64,000 bases of DNA from Comamonas sp. lk (GTDB lineage Bacteria; Pseudomonadota; Gammaproteobacteria; Burkholderiales; Burkholderiaceae_C), in NCBI GenBank assembly GCA_945861345.1, contig CAMATX010000003.1, forward strand, positions 2,782 to 66,781, read 5' to 3'. The notes beneath the pieces are model-generated. The model saw nothing but the letters and a program-made list of their open reading frames with translations, was not told the DNA's origin and did not search any database. Below are positions 59,738 to 64,000 of the stretch, one piece after another (position 1 is the stretch's first letter; each line of letters begins with the position of its first letter). The translations under genes and the position numbers were made by a program.

Positions 59738-60301
59738 GTGCAGCAAGCCGCCAACGTTCTCTTGCTCCCCGGCTGGCAAAACTCCGGCCCGGCGCACTGG
59801 CAAAGCCGCTGGGAGGCGTTGTACGGCTACACCCGCGTGCAGCAGCACGACTGGATGCAGCCCCTGCGCGGCGACTGGATATGCCAGCTCGAAGAAGCCG
59901 TGCTGGCGCGCGAGGGCCCGTGCGTGCTCGTCGCCCACAGCTTGGGCTGTTTGCTCACGGCCGCGTGGGCCGCGGTGTCGCGCAACACGCAGCGCGTGTG
60001 CGCAGCCTTCTTGGTGGCCCCCGGCGACCCGGAGTTGCCGCATTTGCGCACCGTCCTGCACAGCTGGGCGCCGGTGGAGTTGCAGCCCTTGCCTTTCCCT
60101 TGCGTGCTGCTGGCCAGCCACACCGACCCTTATTGCAGCTTTGCACGCGCCAGCGCCTTTGCCAGTGCCTGGGGTGCTCGTTGCATCGATTACGGCGACG
60201 CCGGCCACATCAACGCCGACAGCGGCCTAGGCGACTGGCCGCAGGGTCACGCACTTTTTCTTCAATCGTTGGACACAAAGGAATTGCCCCATGGCAACTA
60301 A
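59738..60301 (+). CDS. RBBP9/YdeN-family alpha/beta serine hydrolase
   Basis: 187 aa with LLPGWQNSGPAHWQSRWE, VAHSLGC and GHINADSGLGDWPQG motifs. It lies between parA and parB and overlaps the parB start by 11 nt. Confidence 0.8.
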   Translation: MQQAANVLLLPGWQNSGPAHWQSRWEALYGYTRVQQHDWMQPLRGDWICQLEEAVLAREGPCVLVAHSLGCLLTAAWAAVSRNTQRVCAAFLVAPGDPELPHLRTVLHSWAPVELQPLPFPCVLLASHTDPYCSFARASAFASAWGARCIDYGDAGHINADSGLGDWPQGHALFLQSLDTKELPHGN

Positions 60302-61244
60302 AAAACTCAAAGGCCTAGGCATGGGCTTGGAAGCCTTGCTCGGGCCTACCGTGGTCGATGCACCACCCGCATTAGCGGGCGAGGGCGGTGCGCCCAGCGC
60401 CTTGCCGCTGGACGATTTGGTCGCTGGCCAGTACCAGCCACGCACGCGCATGGACGAAGGCGCGCTCTACGAATTGGCCGAGAGCATCAAGGCCCAGGGC
60501 ATCATGCAGCCTATCTTGGTGCGCCAGCTCACGGCGGCCCAAGCCCAGGCGCAGCAGCCCGCGCGCGGTGACAAGCCTTTGTACGAAATCATCGCGGGCG
60601 AGCGCCGTTTTCGGGCCGCGCGCCTGGCTGGTTTAGAGCAGGTGCCGGTGCTGGTACGCAACGTGCCTGACGAGGCCGCCGCTGCCATGGCGCTTATCGA
60701 AAACATGCAGCGCGAAGACCTCAACCCGCTGGAAGAGGCCCAAGGCCTGCAACGCCTGATTAAAGAATTTGGCATGACGCACGAGGCCGCTGCGCAATCG
60801 GTCGGCCGCTCGCGCAGCGCCGCCAGCAACCTGATGCGCCTCTTGCAACTGGCCGAGCCGGTGCAGTCCATGCTCATGGCCGGCGACCTGGACATGGGCC
60901 ACGCCCGCGCATTGCTGACGCTAGACCGGGCCACGCAAATTTCGGCAGCCAACCAAATCGTGGGCAAAAAACTCTCGGTGCGCGAGGCCGAAAGTTTGGC
61001 GAAAAAGCTCGGCGCCGAATTCACCCTGGTTTCTGCCAAACCCAAAAAAGAAAAATCACGCGACCTCAAACGCCTGGAAGAAGAGCTCTCGGATGCGCTG
61101 GCCGCGCAGGTGGACATCCGCGTTAAAAAACGCGTCAAGCGCAATGGCCGCTTCGAGGACATGGGCGAGGTGGTAATTCAGTTTGGCTCGCTCGATGCGC
61201 TTAACGGCCTGATCGAACGCCTCGCGCCCCAAGGCGAGCGCTAA
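60291..61244 (+). CDS. parB: Chromosome partitioning protein ParB
   Basis: 317 aa with the ParB box IAGERRFRAARLAG, an HTH region, and a C-terminal dimerisation domain. Confidence 0.93.
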   Translation: MATKKLKGLGMGLEALLGPTVVDAPPALAGEGGAPSALPLDDLVAGQYQPRTRMDEGALYELAESIKAQGIMQPILVRQLTAAQAQAQQPARGDKPLYEIIAGERRFRAARLAGLEQVPVLVRNVPDEAAAAMALIENMQREDLNPLEEAQGLQRLIKEFGMTHEAAAQSVGRSRSAASNLMRLLQLAEPVQSMLMAGDLDMGHARALLTLDRATQISAANQIVGKKLSVREAESLAKKLGAEFTLVSAKPKKEKSRDLKRLEEELSDALAAQVDIRVKKRVKRNGRFEDMGEVVIQFGSLDALNGLIERLAPQGER

Positions 61245-61247
61245 GCC

Positions 61248-62042
61248 ATGACCGCGCCCAGCGCCGAACCCACGCCCGCCAGCGCCTGGCGCAAAGCGCC
61301 CCCGTGGCCGGCGCCCGCGTTTTTGTCCTGGGGCGCAAGCTGGGCTTTGCTGCGTTTATTGGGCGGGCAAGCTTGGTCGCCGCTGGCGGCCTTGGTCGTG
61401 GCTGCCGCTATTGGCGTGGTGCTCAGCGTTTGGGGCAGCAACTGGTGGCGCAAGCTGGTGATTGCGGGGGGCTTCCCGGTCTCGTTTGCGCTGAGCGCGC
61501 AATTGCTGGGGCATGGCGATGTGCCCTCGTGGGTGTGGTTGTTGCCGCTGGCGGTCATGCTCTTGGTCTACCCGGTTAATGCCTGGAGTGACGCGCCCTT
61601 GTTCCCCACACCGGCCAAGGCTTTGCTGGAGTTGCCGCGCTTTGCGCCCTTGCCTGTCGGGGCCAAAGTGGTGGACGCGGGCTGTGGCCTGGGCCATGGT
61701 TTGCGCGCGCTGCGCAGCGCTTATCCGCAGGTGCAGTTTTATGGTTTGGAGTGGAGCGTCGTGCTGCGCTGGTGGTGCGCGCTGCGCCTGCCGTGGGCAC
61801 GCATAACGCGGGCTGATATTTGGGAAGCCGATTGGTCGGGCTACGACATGGTGTACGCCTTTCAGCGTCCCGAAAGCATGCCGCGCGCCGTGGCCAAAGC
61901 GGCCAAAGAATTGCGTAAAGGTGCTTATTTGGTAAGCCTGGATTTTCAAGCGCATGAGTTGGTAGAAAGTGCCCGCTACGAAGCGCCCAATGGCAAAATG
62001 GTCTGGATTTATCAAACGCCCTTTGTCTATGCAACACACTAG
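61248..62042 (+). CDS. Membrane-anchored class I SAM-dependent methyltransferase
   Basis: 264 aa with about 4 N-terminal hydrophobic spans, then motif I VVDAGCGLGHG. Confidence 0.72.
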   Translation: MTAPSAEPTPASAWRKAPPWPAPAFLSWGASWALLRLLGGQAWSPLAALVVAAAIGVVLSVWGSNWWRKLVIAGGFPVSFALSAQLLGHGDVPSWVWLLPLAVMLLVYPVNAWSDAPLFPTPAKALLELPRFAPLPVGAKVVDAGCGLGHGLRALRSAYPQVQFYGLEWSVVLRWWCALRLPWARITRADIWEADWSGYDMVYAFQRPESMPRAVAKAAKELRKGAYLVSLDFQAHELVESARYEAPNGKMVWIYQTPFVYATH

Positions 62043-62769
62043 TTTGACCCCTGACAACCCCGCCGCCCTACCGCTGGAGCGCGTGATGCTATGCGCCATG
62101 GCCACCTTGATCGAGCAGCGCGATGCCGATACGCACCACCACCTGCTGCGCATGCAAGCCTATGTGGCGCAACTGGCGTACGCACTGCGCAGCAACGGCG
62201 CATGGGCGGACCTAATCACACCCGCGTTTGTGCGCCAACTGCAAGACAGCGTGTGGGTCTACGACATGGGCACACTGGCTGTGCCCGAGCGCGTGCTGCT
62301 CAACCCCGGCGTCTACACCGCTGCCGAGCGGCGCGCCATGCAAGCCCATACGCTGCGCGGCCTGGCGGCATTGCAGCAAGCCGAAGCGGCGCTGCCCTGC
62401 AAAGACCCGGGCTTGCAGGTGGCCAAAGAGGTGACCCTCTCGCACCACGAACAATGGGACGGCCAAGGCTACCCCCAAGGCCTGCAAGGCGCCACCATAC
62501 CGCCTGCTGCGCGCATCTTTGCGCTGGCCGATGCCTACGACGCCATGTGCAACGCCAAGGTCTACAAACCCGCCCTCAGCCACGAGCAAGCCGTGGCGCA
62601 TATTGGCGAGGAACGTGGCGTGCAGTTTGACCCCGACGTGGTGGACGCCTTCATGGCCTGCGCGCCGGCCATGCAAGCCATCCGCCAGCGCTACGCGGAC
62701 ACCGAAAAAGACATGCGCGACAAAATCGAATTCATGCTCGACGCCGTCGCCGAACCCCCGCTGCCCTGA
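62029..62769 (+). CDS. HD-GYP domain protein (putative cyclic-di-GMP phosphodiesterase)
   Basis: Has DADTHHHLLRMQ (HD region) and HHEQWDGQGYPQGL (GYP). ATG at 62029 overlaps the methyltransferase end by 14 nt. Confidence 0.85.
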   Translation: MQHTSLTPDNPAALPLERVMLCAMATLIEQRDADTHHHLLRMQAYVAQLAYALRSNGAWADLITPAFVRQLQDSVWVYDMGTLAVPERVLLNPGVYTAAERRAMQAHTLRGLAALQQAEAALPCKDPGLQVAKEVTLSHHEQWDGQGYPQGLQGATIPPAARIFALADAYDAMCNAKVYKPALSHEQAVAHIGEERGVQFDPDVVDAFMACAPAMQAIRQRYADTEKDMRDKIEFMLDAVAEPPLP

Positions 62770-62795
62770 GCGCAGCCCGTACCGAAAGAAGCTTC

Positions 62796-63368
62796 ATGGG
62801 AAACCGCCTTACACAAATAGCCACCCGCACCGGCGACAACGGCACCACCGGTCTGGGCGATAACTCGCGCGTATCCAAAAACAGCTTGCGCGTGCACGCC
62901 ATGGGCGAGGTCGATGAACTCAACAGCCACATCGGCGTACTCTTGTGCGAAGCCATGCCCGAGAGCGTGCGCAGCGTGTTGGTCGAAGTGCAACACCAGT
63001 TGTTTAACCTGGGCGGCGAACTGTCTATCCCCGGTTTTGAATTGCTCAAGCCCGAGGCGGTGTTGGCGCTAGACCAAGCTTTGGCACAGCACAACGAACA
63101 CCTACCCAAATTGCAAGAGTTCATCCTGCCCGCCGGTAACCGCGCCGCATCGCTAGCGCATGTATGCCGCACCGTAGCCCGCCGCGCCGAACGCGCCGTG
63201 GTGGCGCTGGGCAATGAAGAGGCTTTGAAAGAGGCCCCACGCCAATACCTGAACCGCTTGTCGGACCTGATGTTTGTGTTGGCCCGTGTGCTCAATCGCT
63301 ACCGCACTGATGGGACGGTGGGGGATGATGTGTATTGGAAGAGTGAGAGGTTGGCGCGGGGGGCGTAG
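62796..63368 (+). CDS. PduO-type ATP:cob(I)alamin adenosyltransferase
   Basis: Starts MGNRLTQIATRTGDNGTTGLGDNSRVSKNSLRVHAMGEVDELNSHIG, the family signature. Confidence 0.9.
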   Translation: MGNRLTQIATRTGDNGTTGLGDNSRVSKNSLRVHAMGEVDELNSHIGVLLCEAMPESVRSVLVEVQHQLFNLGGELSIPGFELLKPEAVLALDQALAQHNEHLPKLQEFILPAGNRAASLAHVCRTVARRAERAVVALGNEEALKEAPRQYLNRLSDLMFVLARVLNRYRTDGTVGDDVYWKSERLARGA

Positions 63369-63407
63369 AGCGCGTAAAAAACGCATTCCCCAGGTCACTC
63401 GCGTTGG

Positions 63408-63440
63408 AGCCCCCTTGCGTTATGCAAGTGGGGCTTTTTT
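63408..63440 (+). terminator. Intrinsic terminator (AGCCCCCTTGC-gttat-GCAAGtGGGGCT + TTTTTT)
   Basis: 11-bp stem with one bulge, followed by a T-run, 40 nt after the adenosyltransferase stop. Confidence 0.78.
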
Positions 63441-63561
63441 GCTTTAAGAAGCTGCTCACTTTAAGAGCGCATCGTGCCTTGAGTTGAGGCCTACGGCACA
63501 AAAACAGCCCAAGTGATTTTGTATTTCTTTTAATTGTTATTCTGATAACATTTATATAAGT

Positions 63562-63611
63562 TGCAATGTTGGACAACGTTGCGTTGATGAGCAACCCTCA
63601 TCAACATTGCA
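63562..63611. other. Nested inverted-repeat element (TGCAATGTTG...GTTGATGAG-caacc-CTCATCAAC-ATTGCA)
   Basis: A 9-bp perfect stem with a 5-nt loop sits inside an outer 10-nt inverted repeat. The palindrome CAACGTTG lies in the 5' arm insertion. All read directly. Confidence 0.4.
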
Positions 63612-63792
63612 GGAACTACACACCGCAGAGTGCGTGATCCTGAAACTTTGTGTCGTAACTAGCGACGCATCGAGGAGCGACTCAAGCCGCCAGTCTTTAC
63701 GTCTTAGAGCGACTGGCATTCATTTAGTCAATGTGCTAAGTGCTTTCTGAGCAACCACCGAGCACTGCTGCGCAATTTAACGAAAGTATCAA

Positions 63793-64000
63793 ATGAAAAA
63801 TTTATTTATTTACTTACCAGCCTTTGCATTGCAATAACTTTGGCTGCATGTGGTGGTGGTGGTGGCGGGAACAGCTCAGCTACGCCAAACACCGATGCTC
63901 AAGAGTTTTGGACTGGTACGTCAAGCGGAGGGTATACCGTCACTACTGCGGTGTTGGACAACGGCGAAGTATGGGGAATTTACAGCGCTGGCTCAACAAT
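63793..64000 (+). pseudogene. Lipoprotein gene, 5' end only (continues beyond the window). The ATG is out of frame with the lipobox-containing reading frame at an A5 run.
   Basis: ATG at 63793 gives MKNLFIYLPAFALQ then a stop. The frame shifted by +2 reads ..EKFIYLLTSLCIAITLAAC-GGGGGGNSSATPNTDAQEFW... It is open to the window end but has no in-frame start before the lipobox. One extra A would restore MKKFIYLLTSLCIAITLAAC. Confidence 0.55.

Overview
This window looks like the origin-proximal core chromosome of a high-GC betaproteobacterium. The order is probably Burkholderiales and the gene order is Comamonadaceae-like, but that is inferred from gene content and order only. It is densely packed with housekeeping genes. 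These include gyrB-dnaN-dnaA diverging from rpmH-rnpA-yidD-yidC-mnmE, and the LPS genes kdsD-kdsC-lptC and lptD-surA-rsmA. Also present are amtB, metX-metW, aroG, an infA paralog, minCDE, copZ/copA, and mnmG-rsmG-(LysE)-parA-(hydrolase)-parB with three parS sites. Assorted hydrolases, transporters and oxidoreductases fill the rest. I saw no rRNA, tRNA, CRISPR array, transposase or integrase. Many long ORFs in the track are antisense shadows typical of GC-rich DNA and are rejected. I found no convincing multi-gene novel system. The best leads are local. (1) A visibly AT-rich ~460 bp gap between minC and a cysteine-less glutaredoxin-like gene, carrying a DnaA-box pair, inverted repeats and a 41-codon Cys-rich ORF next to a copper cluster. 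(2) A metX leader with an intrinsic terminator abutting the start codon, which suggests a riboswitch or attenuator. (3) A 2-TM LytS-type kinase, small membrane protein and LytTR regulator operon. (4) An AAA+ ATPase with a nuclease-like C-terminal motif behind a 37-bp palindrome. (5) A lipoprotein gene at the right edge whose ATG is out of frame at an A5 run, in an AT-rich, structure-rich region. Start codons were chosen by eye and nothing was computed.
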